From NCBI GenBank assembly GCA_965197885.1, contig OZ240231.1, forward strand, positions 192,504 to 256,503: a stretch of 64,000 bases of DNA, read 5' to 3'. Source of the stretch: Thermodesulfobacteriota bacterium. Its GTDB lineage: Bacteria; Desulfobacterota_D; UBA1144; Nemesobacterales; Nemesobacteraceae. Numbering within the stretch: the stretch's first letter is position 1; every line of letters starts with the position of its first letter. Under the pieces are notes generated by a model that worked only from the letters and a program-made list of their open reading frames with translations, ran no database searches and was not told the origin of the DNA. A program made the position numbers and the translations under genes. Shown one piece after another: positions 1 through 10,014 of the stretch.

Positions 1-191
1 AAAATCACGCTAAGGATCATGAGTGCTACCAGAATTCCCATCATGTAAAAAGGCACGCTTGTGTTGTATCCCTTTTCTATGTTAGGAACTCTCTTCTGGG
101 ACCAGATTATGGGAGGTGCTTCGTTTTCATCCGGTGCCTCAGCCTCCTGCTCTGCCGTTTCTTCTGTTTTTTGCTCCTCTGTTTCCGCCAT
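1..191 (-). CDS. hypothetical membrane protein, N-terminal fragment (gene continues beyond window start)
   Basis: Minus-strand reading from ATG (complement at 189-191) gives MAETEEQKTEETAEQEAEAPDENEAPPIIWSQKRVPNIEKGYNTSVPFYMMGILVALMILSVI..., with a GGAGA Shine-Dalgarno 7 nt upstream. An acidic N-terminus is followed by a hydrophobic helix. The + strand ORF 61-339 in the track looks like a shadow ORF. Confidence 0.4.
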   Translation of the reverse strand, partial: MAETEEQKTEETAEQEAEAPDENEAPPIIWSQKRVPNIEKGYNTSVPFYMMGILVALMILSVI

Positions 192-320
192 TTTGAGGTC
201 TCCTGGGACTGCGCGTACGGAAAAATTATCACGCAACGCACCCCGAAAATCAAGTTTTCCGACGGGTTGTGACCGTTTTTTGGGCGCTTCCTACATTCAA
301 AATAGATCACTTGACCAAAA

Positions 321-360
321 AAGGGGGAGGGGTAATTAAAAAAGGGGGAGGGGCAATATG
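321..360. repeat. tandem G-rich direct repeat (aaaagggggaggggYaat x2) upstream of the lipoprotein gene
   Basis: Read directly: aaaagggggaggggtaatt then aaaaagggggaggggcaatat, about 60 nt upstream of the ATG at 421 and followed by an aggagga RBS. Confidence 0.5.
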
Positions 361-420
361 GTATAGTAGGTATAAATAGGCAGTTCTAGCAAGCAACATA
401 GGAGGAAAGAGGGGTTAAAA

Positions 421-3400
421 ATGAAAGTAACAACACGCGGGGACGACAACGCTTTTTCTCAACGGAAGGCGAGTATCCTTAGATCTTGCCATGCTTTCTG
501 TGGAATGAGATCAGCTGCGACGTCATTTTTTATTGCTGGCGTGCTTGTCCTCGTTCTGATTCTGGTCGGGTGTGGCAGTGACACCACACCTTCCGAATCT
601 CCCGATCCCGACAATCCCGCGTACAGAGACACTGACCCCGGTGTCCCGCCTCCAACGGTCTCCGACCCCGGTGTCCCGCCGCCAACGGTCCCCGACCCCG
701 ATGTCCCGCCTCCAACGGTCTCCGACCCCGGTGTCCCGCCTCCAACGGTCTCCGACCCCGGTGTCCCGCCTCCAACGGTCTCCGACCCCGGTGTCCCGCC
801 GCCAACGGTTCCCGACCCCGGTGTCCCGCCGCCAACGGTCTCCGACCCCGAGGATCCACCGCCAACGGTCCCCGTGATACACACAACACGACTGGATCAA
901 TCCATCACCTTTAACATACAGGATAGTGACCCTCTGAATGACCGGATTCTGAGGCAACCCCAGCAAGGAACGGTGATTTTGAATGCCGACGGCTCCGTTA
1001 CCTACTCGCCCGCACCCGGGGCTGTGGGAGAAGACAGCTTCGAAATTGAAATTAACGGAATCCCACGGGAGATCACCATTAATAACAACCTCGCTTATGA
1101 AGGCCAGATTGACGGCGGGGTGGACTCCTTCGGGAACGTTGAAGTGCTGTTGACGGGGGACGGAGTATTGGAAACCGCGTCGCCGGACGCTTCCGGCAGG
1201 TTCAGGTTCTACACGTTGCCGGACGGCGACTATGTCGTCAAGGTGCGGAAAGCGGGCTACACGTCATCGCTTGCCCGAGCGTTCAGCCTGGATATCGGGC
1301 AGCATGATTCTTTGCGTGATGGGATCGACCAGTTTGTTCTGGAAGCGATCGATTCGGATACCTTTGTCTATCACTGGGAGGAAGATCAGAGTGCGGCCGG
1401 CTATGATTATGCGGCCCATGTGAACCAACCCGTGGTCGTGGAGTTTCTGGATGAGCAGGTTGAGGTGGTCGACGGAGCGTCAGCCAGCCAGCTCCATCAC
1501 GACTACAACATCCTGCTGGTCGATTCGGAAAGCGGTTCATGGACACAAGAGCATGCCTACCGCCTTCTGGAAACCATGAAGTCCATCCCGCAGAAGCGGC
1601 GGGATCCCTATAAGGAACAGAGCCTTCCCGCAAGCAAGTGGCTCCTTGCTTCCGACCACCTGGAGGATGACATCCGGATTACACATCATCAGGACGAAAA
1701 CTACAGGGCCGTTCTCATTTCCGAAGATGCCTTCGTCAATGCCAGCCCCCGGATCGCCAGGGTTGAAGGCAAGCGAGGCATCTACTACTCACAACGTCTG
1801 CACCACGCGCTGGTGCGCTTCGTCACGGATAACGGCAGGGATGAAGCGGCGTACGAAGGGATTTTCCAGTCGCGTTACGGCGTCACGACTCGCATACCGG
1901 ATTATACCCAGCTCACCAGTTCCACCACCAGCGAGTCCGCGTCGCGCTTTCAGGAATTCCACCCCGAAGAGATCGTCCAATTGATCAATATGTTTGAGGA
2001 AATGCCCAGGGGGATGCACAAACTGCCTGAGCTGCAGTATCTGGTGCGGCGCTTGGACGGCACGCCGCACCCTAGATATCCTACTGCGCCTGCGGTGGCT
2101 TGGCCCGATTACGGCTATATCGAGTTCATGGAAAGCGGGTTCAGCGGGTTTTCCGTTGCCTACGTCCATCGCCTCATCATTCACGAAAAGGCGCATTTCC
2201 TGTGGGCCCATCAGTTCGACGGGCAACTCAAGCAGGACTGGATCGAATTAGGCGGCTGGTACCACGACTCGGAAAGTCTCAATGGTTGGTCGACGAGCAA
2301 GCAAACGGAGTTTGTCTCCGCCTACGCCCACTCAAAAGATCCAAATGAGGACATGGCCGAGTCCATCGCCTACTTCATCGTGAATCCGGACAAGCTGAAA
2401 TCCCGAGCCATCGGCAAGTACGAGTTCGTCCGCGACCGCATCATGCAAGGCAACATCTACATCTCCACCATCCGAGAAGACCTGACCTTTGAGGTATATA
2501 ACCTGTATCCCGACTACGTCTTTCCGGGCAAGATCCGGCGAGTGGATATTGTGGTCGAGGGGGAGGTGGAGGACGACAAAACAATCCATGTGGAAATTGA
2601 GTTACATGCCCTGGATGAGGAGTCAGAAGGAGCGAAACACGCCCTTATGCGCATTTTCAGCGAGACCGGCACCTTGGTGGACCTGTACCTCTACCCCATG
2701 GATGCGAACGGCAACCGGCTGACTCAGGGCACGGTGCTCAAAGGCAGCTTTGCTCTCAGCAAGCACGCCAAGACCGGTTACTGGCGGCCCAACCAGATCG
2801 TCATCACGGATGCGGTTGGCAACGAGCGGTTCGAAGGGGTGAATGACTTTGGGTGGAAACTCTACGTCGGCAACCTGCTTGAGGATCTCACCGCTCCCGA
2901 GTATGTGGGCAGTACGGCGTCACTGAGCAAGAGCGTGACGAGCTTGGAAGGCCGGGAGGTTCAGTTGATTCATGCGACCTGGGAGGTGGATGAGGACACG
3001 GCAATGCGGGGACGGGCACCTTGTTATGCCAGCCTGAATGATGATTTTCTGCAAACCTACAGGTATGAAGAGCATGGTTTGTATGACCCAGCCAGCAGTC
3101 TGTGTCAGGTGGACTTTATTATGCCTCACTACATGCCTAGTTCCATCTACAGGATGAATTACATCATCATGATCGACGAGGCACTGAATAGACAGGGGGT
3201 CTACTTCACCCATCCTGGGCACGGTCTGCGTCCGGAGGAAAGTATCGTGGATGAAACGCCCCAGCAAATTGAGCTGGTAACCGACAATCCGGACCTTGAA
3301 CCCCCTGAGTTGGATATCAACGACATTCAGATCGATGCCGAGCCCACCTATCCGGATGCGCCAAATGGCGAAACCCTGGTGACGATCACCTTTCGTGTCA

Positions 3401-3669
3401 GGGACAACATATCTGGTTACAAGATCGCAAGCATGGAGCTACGCGACCCCCAAGGCATCGAGCATCAAGGCTATCACTATCATGCGGGTCGCTCCCGATT
3501 ATTCCCCGAAGGCGATCCTACCGATTGGACCACTTACACCCAAACGGTGCTCCTGCCGCCGGGTTCCGCACCCGGTACTTGGGGACTGGCCGAGATGACG
3601 ATTAGGGACCGTGCGGGCAACTTCCAGCGCTACGATTTCACCGAGATCATCCACTTCGATGTATATTAG
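421..3669 (+). CDS. secreted lipoprotein with PT-rich decapeptide repeats, a CarboxypepD_reg-like domain and a putative zinc-metallopeptidase HExxH motif
   Basis: 1082-aa ORF. Lipoprotein-type signal (LVLVLILVGCGSD). 8x [ST/P]DPGVPPPTV repeats. GNVEVLLTGDGVLETASPDASGRFRFYTLPDGDYVVKVRKAGY resembles carboxypeptidase regulatory-like domains. IIHEKAHFLW contains HExxH. GC content is visibly higher than the neighbouring genes. Confidence 0.8.
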   Translation: MKVTTRGDDNAFSQRKASILRSCHAFCGMRSAATSFFIAGVLVLVLILVGCGSDTTPSESPDPDNPAYRDTDPGVPPPTVSDPGVPPPTVPDPDVPPPTVSDPGVPPPTVSDPGVPPPTVSDPGVPPPTVPDPGVPPPTVSDPEDPPPTVPVIHTTRLDQSITFNIQDSDPLNDRILRQPQQGTVILNADGSVTYSPAPGAVGEDSFEIEINGIPREITINNNLAYEGQIDGGVDSFGNVEVLLTGDGVLETASPDASGRFRFYTLPDGDYVVKVRKAGYTSSLARAFSLDIGQHDSLRDGIDQFVLEAIDSDTFVYHWEEDQSAAGYDYAAHVNQPVVVEFLDEQVEVVDGASASQLHHDYNILLVDSESGSWTQEHAYRLLETMKSIPQKRRDPYKEQSLPASKWLLASDHLEDDIRITHHQDENYRAVLISEDAFVNASPRIARVEGKRGIYYSQRLHHALVRFVTDNGRDEAAYEGIFQSRYGVTTRIPDYTQLTSSTTSESASRFQEFHPEEIVQLINMFEEMPRGMHKLPELQYLVRRLDGTPHPRYPTAPAVAWPDYGYIEFMESGFSGFSVAYVHRLIIHEKAHFLWAHQFDGQLKQDWIELGGWYHDSESLNGWSTSKQTEFVSAYAHSKDPNEDMAESIAYFIVNPDKLKSRAIGKYEFVRDRIMQGNIYISTIREDLTFEVYNLYPDYVFPGKIRRVDIVVEGEVEDDKTIHVEIELHALDEESEGAKHALMRIFSETGTLVDLYLYPMDANGNRLTQGTVLKGSFALSKHAKTGYWRPNQIVITDAVGNERFEGVNDFGWKLYVGNLLEDLTAPEYVGSTASLSKSVTSLEGREVQLIHATWEVDEDTAMRGRAPCYASLNDDFLQTYRYEEHGLYDPASSLCQVDFIMPHYMPSSIYRMNYIIMIDEALNRQGVYFTHPGHGLRPEESIVDETPQQIELVTDNPDLEPPELDINDIQIDAEPTYPDAPNGETLVTITFRVRDNISGYKIASMELRDPQGIEHQGYHYHAGRSRLFPEGDPTDWTTYTQTVLLPPGSAPGTWGLAEMTIRDRAGNFQRYDFTEIIHFDVY
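631..870 (+). repeat. 8 tandem copies of a 30-bp unit (tccgaccccggtgtcccgcc[tg]ccaacggtc) encoding xDPGVPPPTV
   Basis: Seen directly at 631, 661, 691, 721, 751, 781, 811 and 841; the units differ by only 1-3 nt. Confidence 0.95.
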
Positions 3670-3847
3670 GCGAGAGTTGAACCACTTGCCATCACGTCGC
3701 CATCGCGCGCCAGCGGCGGCCGCTCTTGACCGTCAGCATGGTGTGTGGCCGTGTAGAGAGTAAGTTACATGAGAATGTGGAAGTATTCAGTTTGATATGA
3801 TTTGACCTGTCAATTTAATTTGCTTCCTACATTCCTCGGGCGCTTCC

Positions 3848-3876
3848 TTGAAAACCCGGCTCCGTATATTTATAAT
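3848..3876 (+). promoter_or_regulatory. sigma70-type promoter (TTGAAA - 17 nt - TATAAT) upstream of the rhodanese gene
   Basis: ttgaaa at 3848-3853, 17-nt spacer, tataat at 3871-3876; the first gene ATG is at 3904/3931. Confidence 0.6.
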
Positions 3877-3903
3877 TAACCAAATACAGTAAAAGGTTGC
3901 GCA

Positions 3904-4773
3904 ATGCGCGACCGAACGGAGGTTTTAGAGATGGCGGATTACGCGAACCCGGACGTTCTTGTGAGCACGGACTGGGTAGAAGAGCATATTGACGACCCCG
4001 ATATAGTTATTGTGGAATCGGATGAGGACATACTGCTCTATGAAATAGGTCACATAAGAAATTCAGTAAAATTCGACTGGCAGACCGAGCTTCAGGATCA
4101 GCTTGTAAGGGATTACGTGAGCAGGGAAAACTTCGAGACGCTGCTTTCCGAAAAAGGCATTTCCAATGACCACGCGGTGGTTTTCTACGGAGACAGAAGC
4201 AACTGGTGGGCGTGCTACGCCTTCTGGACCTTCAAGGTTCTCGGACACGAAAAGTGCCTTGTAATGGACGGTGGCAGGCAAAAATGGGCTGATGAGGGAA
4301 GAGAGTTCGTAAAAGATGTTCCCGAAAGACCAAAAACGGATTACAAGGTGTCGGCGATTGATGAGTCCATAAGGGCTTTTCGGAATGAGGTGATGGAGCA
4401 CATGGAGTCTTCAAGGCCGCTTGTCGATGTCCGCTCTCCGAAAGAGTACTCGGGAGAGCTTCTTCACATGGAGGCTTACCCCCAGGAAGGCGCGCTTCGC
4501 GGAGGACATATTCCGGGTGCGGTAAACGTTCCCTGGGCTACTGCTGCCAACGAAGACGGAACTTTCCGTTCGGCCGATGAGCTTGTCGAGATATATGAAA
4601 AGGGACAGGGGCTAAGCAAGGATCAGGACGTGATTGCCTACTGCAGAATAGGAGAGCGCTCTTCTCACACCTGGTTTGTTCTTACCTATCTTCTTGGATT
4701 TGAAAACGTCAGGAATTACGACGGTTCGTGGACCGAGTGGGGAAACCTTGTGAGGGCTCCCATAGAAAGATAA
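3904..4773 (+). CDS. sseA: thiosulfate/3-mercaptopyruvate sulfurtransferase (tandem rhodanese domains)
   Basis: Two rhodanese domains; active-site loop [12 protein letters not shown] is typical of SseA/CysA-type sulfurtransferases. An alternative start at 3931 (MADYANP...) has a better SD (GGAGG 8 nt upstream). Confidence 0.85.
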   Translation: MRDRTEVLEMADYANPDVLVSTDWVEEHIDDPDIVIVESDEDILLYEIGHIRNSVKFDWQTELQDQLVRDYVSRENFETLLSEKGISNDHAVVFYGDRSNWWACYAFWTFKVLGHEKCLVMDGGRQKWADEGREFVKDVPERPKTDYKVSAIDESIRAFRNEVMEHMESSRPLVDVRSPKEYSGELLHMEAYPQEGALRGGHIPGAVNVPWATAANEDGTFRSADELVEIYEKGQGLSKDQDVIAYCRIGERSSHTWFVLTYLLGFENVRNYDGSWTEWGNLVRAPIER

Positions 4774-4804
4774 AAGGAGAAGCGTTTTTTATACGGATAA
4801 AAAA

Positions 4805-4840
4805 GGATGTGATCTTACGGGTCCGCATCCTTTTTTTTTT
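4805..4840 (+). terminator. rho-independent terminator-like hairpin followed by T10
   Basis: ggatgtgatcttacgggtccgcatcc stem-loop followed by tttttttttt at 4831-4840, 30 nt after the sseA stop; an A-run upstream allows bidirectional function. Confidence 0.55.
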
Positions 4841-4854
4841 GAGAGCATGCGAAT

Positions 4855-5280
4855 ATGGCCAACATAGAGGAAATAGTAAGGGAATTTCAAGGGGCGGATC
4901 GTCAGGAGATGATAGAGCTCCTGATAGATTATTCGGAAGGTCTTCCTGAAATTCCCAGAAGGTTTGCCGAGCTTGCGGACAGGGACCTCAACAAGGTGCA
5001 CGAGTGCGAAACCCCGGTCTTTATCTGGGTCGAGGTAGAAGACGGGAAGGCAAACATATTTGCCGACGTTCCCGAACCGTTTCCGACCGTGAGGGGGCTT
5101 GTATCGATTCTCGTAAGCGCTTTTGACGGACTCAGCCCGGAGGAGATCGAGTCTGCGCCAACGGACTTTATCTCCCGCCTCGGACTAGCCCAGCAACTGG
5201 GGATAAGAAGGGTCAGGGGTCTAAGCGCGGTTTATGCGAGGATAAAAAGCGAGGTCAGAAGGCACGGCACGGTCACATGA
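4855..5280 (+). CDS. sufE: SufE-like sulfur acceptor protein (Fe-S metabolism associated domain)
   Basis: 141 aa; KVHECETPVFIW matches the conserved Cys region of the SufE/CsdE family; size and acidic character fit. Confidence 0.6.
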   Translation: MANIEEIVREFQGADRQEMIELLIDYSEGLPEIPRRFAELADRDLNKVHECETPVFIWVEVEDGKANIFADVPEPFPTVRGLVSILVSAFDGLSPEEIESAPTDFISRLGLAQQLGIRRVRGLSAVYARIKSEVRRHGTVT

Positions 5281-5666
5281 TTGAAGAAGACAGAATGAAG
5301 ATGATCATGGATCATTACGAGAATCCGAGGAATTTCGGCGCCCTGGACCGCCCCACGGTGACTCTCAGAGGCGGCAACCCCAATTGCGGCGACACCATAA
5401 ATATCTATATCCGCATGGACGGCGAAAACATTATAGAAGATATAAGTTTTGACGGGGAAGGCTGCACAATAAGTCAGGCCGCAGCTTCTCTTCTTACGGA
5501 CTTCGTAAAGGGAAAGACCGTCGAGCGGGTCGGGGAGCTGGATTCCGATTACCTGAAGGAACTTCTTGGCAAGGACATCATGGTAACCCGTCCGAAATGC
5601 AGCCGTCTTGCCCTTGAAACCCTTAAATCCTGGGTCAGAGGTTTTGGGAAGGGAAAAACCGCCTGA
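5277..5666 (+). CDS. sufU: NifU/IscU/SufU-like Fe-S cluster scaffold / sulfurtransferase
   Basis: DHYENPRNFG...NPNCGDTINIY...GEGCTISQAAAS...RPKCSRLALE: the three conserved Cys of the U-type scaffold. ATGA overlap with the sufE stop. Confidence 0.8.
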   Translation: MIEEDRMKMIMDHYENPRNFGALDRPTVTLRGGNPNCGDTINIYIRMDGENIIEDISFDGEGCTISQAAASLLTDFVKGKTVERVGELDSDYLKELLGKDIMVTRPKCSRLALETLKSWVRGFGKGKTA

Positions 5667-5718
5667 TTTTGTGTATAATTCACGGTAATACTCAAGCAGA
5701 CCCAAGGAGATTTAAATA

Positions 5719-7053
5719 ATGAAAAACGGCAAACTAGACAAAACGATTCTAAGTGAGAGAATCGAGGAGGCGCTTAAGTATCCGCTTTTCGATTCCATAT
5801 TCAACAGGCGCTCAAGAAGGTTCGGCCTCGGAATGGAGCTTAAAGACAGCACCCTTGAGTTCAAGTCGAATTACGCCCCCGTACCTCTGAGCGAGGTAGA
5901 GGAAGCGCTTTTGGTATGGGCCGGGACGGGGCTCACCGGGCTTTGCCTCGCCGATCTGCCGCCTGAGAACGGGATAGATCTTCTCTGCCAGTGGACGGGA
6001 AGAACCTGGCCTTCTGCGTGCAACAACCACGGAACAGAACTTTTTTTCACAAACGACGACGGACTCTACCACGTGGACGTGAAAAACATGCTCCCCAAGG
6101 AGCATGAGATTGATCTGTTTTTCAAGCTTTCCCGCGAGGAGAAAATCGCGAGGGTTCTCGAACTTTACAGGGAAAGCCTTAACAAGCTTGAGGACGGAAG
6201 GGCCGACATGCCTGACAAGATGCCCGGGCTCTTTGAGTTTAACCAGTGGAACGCCAACAAGCCCGGAACCACGCTTTTCGTTCCCGTCACCGACGTGACC
6301 GAGGAGTACCTGAATCTTCTCACCCTTTACTGCAGTCACACCTACGGATTCACGATTATCGACGATCTTACCGGAAAGCCCGCGGGCGTCGAGAAGTGGG
6401 TGGAAAAGGGCAGATTAAAGGGTGAAATCAAGCTTTCCCTATTTGATCTCGAGGTAAGGATTCTCACGGGACTTAACGTCGAACAGGCCTTTATAACCCA
6501 GAACATGGCGCTTGCCCTTCAGCCTCTGGGGCTTGCGGGATGGGCGTTTACGGGCTTTATTCCGAGGTTTGCCATGGGAGCCGCTCCGAACCTGTTCAGG
6601 GGACTTGGATTTCGATTTATCCAGCCGAAAAAGGGTACGATCGATCCTCCCACCACCGTTCCCGTAGGAAAAGACGGGGTTTTTGAAGCCTACTGTCCGC
6701 CTTACTATAAAAACATGGACGATGCGATCGATCATTTCTTAGCACATAAATGGAAAGCTTGGGAGTCTGACAAGCCTTTCCCGTACACAGAACCCGACAG
6801 GCATCTCATGAAGGCCCCCAAACCCACGGAAACCACCATGCAGATCGTAAGGGATGTAGCGAACTATATTTATGACACTTACGGCAGATTCCCCGCATTC
6901 GTGGACCCCATGTACATGAGGCTTGTGTTTCAGGCGATGCACATAGATCTGGATTTCTACGACAAGTACTACCCGAAAGGTTCTTATTCGGACAGGCATC
7001 TAAGCACTTTTCTTGAGAATCATCCGGACCAGAGAGAACGGTTCGAAAAATAA
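5719..7053 (+). CDS. uncharacterised 444-aa protein, possibly nitroreductase-fold (SagB/ThcOx-like)
   Basis: N-terminal IFNRRSRRFGLG resembles the RRSxRxF signature of nitroreductase-superfamily proteins; the rest was not recognised. Co-oriented, closely spaced with neighbours. Confidence 0.5.
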   Translation: MKNGKLDKTILSERIEEALKYPLFDSIFNRRSRRFGLGMELKDSTLEFKSNYAPVPLSEVEEALLVWAGTGLTGLCLADLPPENGIDLLCQWTGRTWPSACNNHGTELFFTNDDGLYHVDVKNMLPKEHEIDLFFKLSREEKIARVLELYRESLNKLEDGRADMPDKMPGLFEFNQWNANKPGTTLFVPVTDVTEEYLNLLTLYCSHTYGFTIIDDLTGKPAGVEKWVEKGRLKGEIKLSLFDLEVRILTGLNVEQAFITQNMALALQPLGLAGWAFTGFIPRFAMGAAPNLFRGLGFRFIQPKKGTIDPPTTVPVGKDGVFEAYCPPYYKNMDDAIDHFLAHKWKAWESDKPFPYTEPDRHLMKAPKPTETTMQIVRDVANYIYDTYGRFPAFVDPMYMRLVFQAMHIDLDFYDKYYPKGSYSDRHLSTFLENHPDQRERFEK

Positions 7054-7105
7054 TATCGGCTTGCGGAGAAGCAAACTCGGCTTGCGGTAAGGAAGGAAAC
7101 CAGCC

Positions 7106-8380
7106 ATGCGCGTAGCGATTATCGGAAATGGGGTGACCGGGGTCGCAGCCGCCCTGCGCATACGCAAGCTGCAGCCCGACTGGGAGATCGTCATGATCTC
7201 GGGGGAATCTTCCTTTCACTATTCCCGCCCGGCGCTCATGTACATATTCATGGGTCACATGAGCTACGGGGACACCAAGCCCTACGAAGACAGTGTCTGG
7301 CGGAAAAACCGCATTGATCTGTTAAGGGGCTGGGTTACCGAGATTGATGCCGCCGGAAAAAAACTCATCATGCACGAAAAAGATTCCGTTGCGTTCGATA
7401 AGCTGCTTATCGCCACGGGATCAAAGTCCAACAAGTTCGGGTGGCCCGGTCAGGACCTTAAAGGCGTCCAGGGCCTCTACAGCCTTATGGATCTCAGGCT
7501 TCTTTACGAGAATGTAAAAGGCGCCCGAAGCGCCGTTATAGTCGGGGGAGGACTCATTGGAATTGAGTTTGCCGAGATGCTTCACTCACGCAATATCCAC
7601 GTTACTTTCCTGGTGAGGGAGCAGTCCTACTGGACGAATGTCCTTCCGATGGAGGAATCTCGGATGATAAACCGTGTGATCACCGAACAGGGGATTGATC
7701 TCAAGCTCACCACGGAACTTAAGGAAATAGTAGGGGACGATTCGGGAAGAGTACGGGGAGTTATGACTAATAAAGAGGAATTTATCGAAGCTCAGGTCGT
7801 CGGACTCACCGCGGGAGTAAGTCCCAACACCGCCCTTGCAAAGGCAAGCGATATAAAGACGGGGAGAGGGATACTGGTCGACTGGAGCTTCAGAACGGAT
7901 ATCCCGGATGTGTTTGCCGCGGGGGACTGCGCCGAGATAGTCACGGAAGGGGAGGGGAGGAACCTGATTCAGCAGGTCTGGTATACGGGCAAGAGCCAGG
8001 GAAGAGTGGCAGGAGAGGCTATAGCCGGAAAGCCAAGCGTTTATGACCCTGGAATATGGTATAACTCCGCAAAGTTTTTTGATCTCGAATACCAGACTTA
8101 CGGTACCGTGAGAAACGTTCCATTTGAGGAGGAAACCAATTTTTACTGGGAACACCCTGATCATAAGCGTTCCATAAGGATTGTTACCAGTGGTGAAGTG
8201 GTTTGCGGTATAAACGTCATGGGTCTTCGCTACAGTCACAGGGTCTGCGAGAGGTGGGTAGCGGAGAAAAGGTCCCTTGATTACGTGCTTGACAATCTTG
8301 GGGAGGCCAATTTTGATCCCGAGTTCTACGAAAAATGCGAAACGGAGATAATAAAGGAGATAAGGAAACAGGCTGCCTGA
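7106..8380 (+). CDS. FAD-dependent pyridine nucleotide-disulfide family oxidoreductase (ferredoxin/rubredoxin reductase-like)
   Basis: Two Rossmann dinucleotide motifs (VAIIGNGVTGVAAA and VIVGGGLIGIEFAE) and GDCAEI near the C-terminal third; no N-terminal redox-active Cys pair, so not CoA-disulfide reductase type. Confidence 0.8.
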   Translation: MRVAIIGNGVTGVAAALRIRKLQPDWEIVMISGESSFHYSRPALMYIFMGHMSYGDTKPYEDSVWRKNRIDLLRGWVTEIDAAGKKLIMHEKDSVAFDKLLIATGSKSNKFGWPGQDLKGVQGLYSLMDLRLLYENVKGARSAVIVGGGLIGIEFAEMLHSRNIHVTFLVREQSYWTNVLPMEESRMINRVITEQGIDLKLTTELKEIVGDDSGRVRGVMTNKEEFIEAQVVGLTAGVSPNTALAKASDIKTGRGILVDWSFRTDIPDVFAAGDCAEIVTEGEGRNLIQQVWYTGKSQGRVAGEAIAGKPSVYDPGIWYNSAKFFDLEYQTYGTVRNVPFEEETNFYWEHPDHKRSIRIVTSGEVVCGINVMGLRYSHRVCERWVAEKRSLDYVLDNLGEANFDPEFYEKCETEIIKEIRKQAA

Positions 8381-9774
8381 TGGAACAGAACACGACAGAT
8401 TACGATTTCGACGAAGAAACCCTGGGTTTTGAGGAACCGGAGAAAGCTCCGGCCACGCCGCTTGGCAACGGAGAAAAGCTTTCTCTTGCCGTCTTGGGAT
8501 TCGGAATATTGATGTTTGCGCTGCAGGCGCTGGGTATGCCTCCGGGCGGCACCTGGGCCGGGTTTCTCCTGGTCTTCCTTCCCGTTCTCTTCGGTACGGC
8601 GTTTTACTTCTACCTTGATTTCAAAGGCACCGTCCCGGGGATCAAGCATGATAACATCTACTTCAGGGGAATAACTTCCCGGGGAGCTCTGGGCTGGCTT
8701 ATAGGCGTGGTGTTTACCGGTTTCTACATAGCGCTTTACTGGTTTCCCGAATACCTGGCGGGGGGAATAAGTATTGTAAACCCGCTTTCAATTGCCCTTT
8801 CCGGTTCTCCGGCTAACAACTGGTTTTTCTACGGTTTTCTCTACACCGTAGCAGTTTTTATTTTCGGCATAAGAATGTTCATGAAATACAGGAATAACCG
8901 CTACCAGAAGATAAGAACGGCTTCGGTTATGTTCTTCCAGCTCGGGTTCGCCTTTCTCATCCCAAACATACTTATGCTGTTTAACCAGCCCGAGTTTTAT
9001 CTTAGCTACTTCTGGCCGCTTAAACCCGAATACCTGTTCCCGGGCACTTTAAGCTATTTTGTGAATCATCCCGGCGGTCTCGGGATGTTCCTTATTTTCT
9101 GGGGAGCCGTGATGACTTTTGTGGGCACTCCGCTGCTTACCTACTATTTCGGCAAGAGGTGGTACTGCTCGTGGGTGTGCGGATGCGGAGGGCTTGCGGA
9201 AACCATGGGGGACCCGTGGAGACAGCTCTCTGACAAATCGAAAAAGGCGTGGCGCTTTGAGCGCTGGATAGTACATTCCGTACTGGTGTTTATCGTCGTT
9301 ACAACGGTTCTTCTCTGGATTAACTCCGCGACCTCGGGAGCGGTGTTCGGAGAAGCGTCGATGTCTCTTAAGAAGTGGTACGGGTTCTACATCGGGGCCA
9401 TTTTCTCGGGGGTTATCGGCGTTGGTTTCTACCCCATGATGGGAGCCAGGGTGTGGTGCCGGTTCGGTTGCCCGATGGCGGCTGTGCTCGGGATTTTCCA
9501 GAGGTATCTCTCAAGATTCAGAATTACCACAAACGGCGACCAGTGCATGTCATGCGGGAACTGTTCCACCTACTGCGAGATGGGCATAGACGTCAGGGCT
9601 TACGCCCAGAAGGGCGAGAACATAGTGAGAGCGTCATGCGTCGGATGCGGAGTGTGCTCAGCCGTGTGTCCCAGGGGAGTGCTTAAGCTTGAAAACGGGG
9701 GGACTTTCAAGGACAGGTTCTCCGGGTCGGACAAGCCGCTTGGGGCGCTTATGGATTCGCTCAAACACGTTTAG
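8381..9774 (+). CDS. polytopic membrane polyferredoxin (NapH/MauN-like 4Fe-4S binding protein)
   Basis: Multiple TM helices; CSWVCGCGG motif; two C-terminal 4Fe-4S motifs (CMSCGNCSTYCEMG and CVGCGVCSAVCPRG). Start taken at the ATG right after the upstream stop at 8378-8380 rather than the track's 8335. Confidence 0.75.
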
Positions 9775-10014
9775 CTTTAAGGGAAGGACAGACTAAATAA
9801 GCCTCTGGCAATCAAAATAGTCTGTGGCACAGCACATTACGAGCGTCTCTCGTTCGCTTTCTTCGTGTAGAGTGACTTAAATCGATCCGCACTCTTGATA
9901 ACCAGATCTCTAGGGCTGAGTTGTTTTCCATAGTACGGAGAGAATCATAATCTGCCAAAAGTGTCGCATTCGGAGTTAATGGGAACCATTACCCGAAAAA
10001 ATGCTTATAAAGAA

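Noticed and set aside
61-339. + strand 92-aa ORF at the window start
   Set aside because: The minus-strand frame gives a membrane-protein N-terminus with a good SD; the + strand product is Ser/Ala-rich low complexity. Kept only the minus-strand partial CDS, at modest confidence.
459-966. Minus- and plus-strand ORFs (141, 147, 119, 101 aa) overlapping the 30-bp repeat region
   Set aside because: They are artefacts of the tandem repeat (repetitive GTVGGG / RWRRDTGVGD translations) inside the lipoprotein gene.
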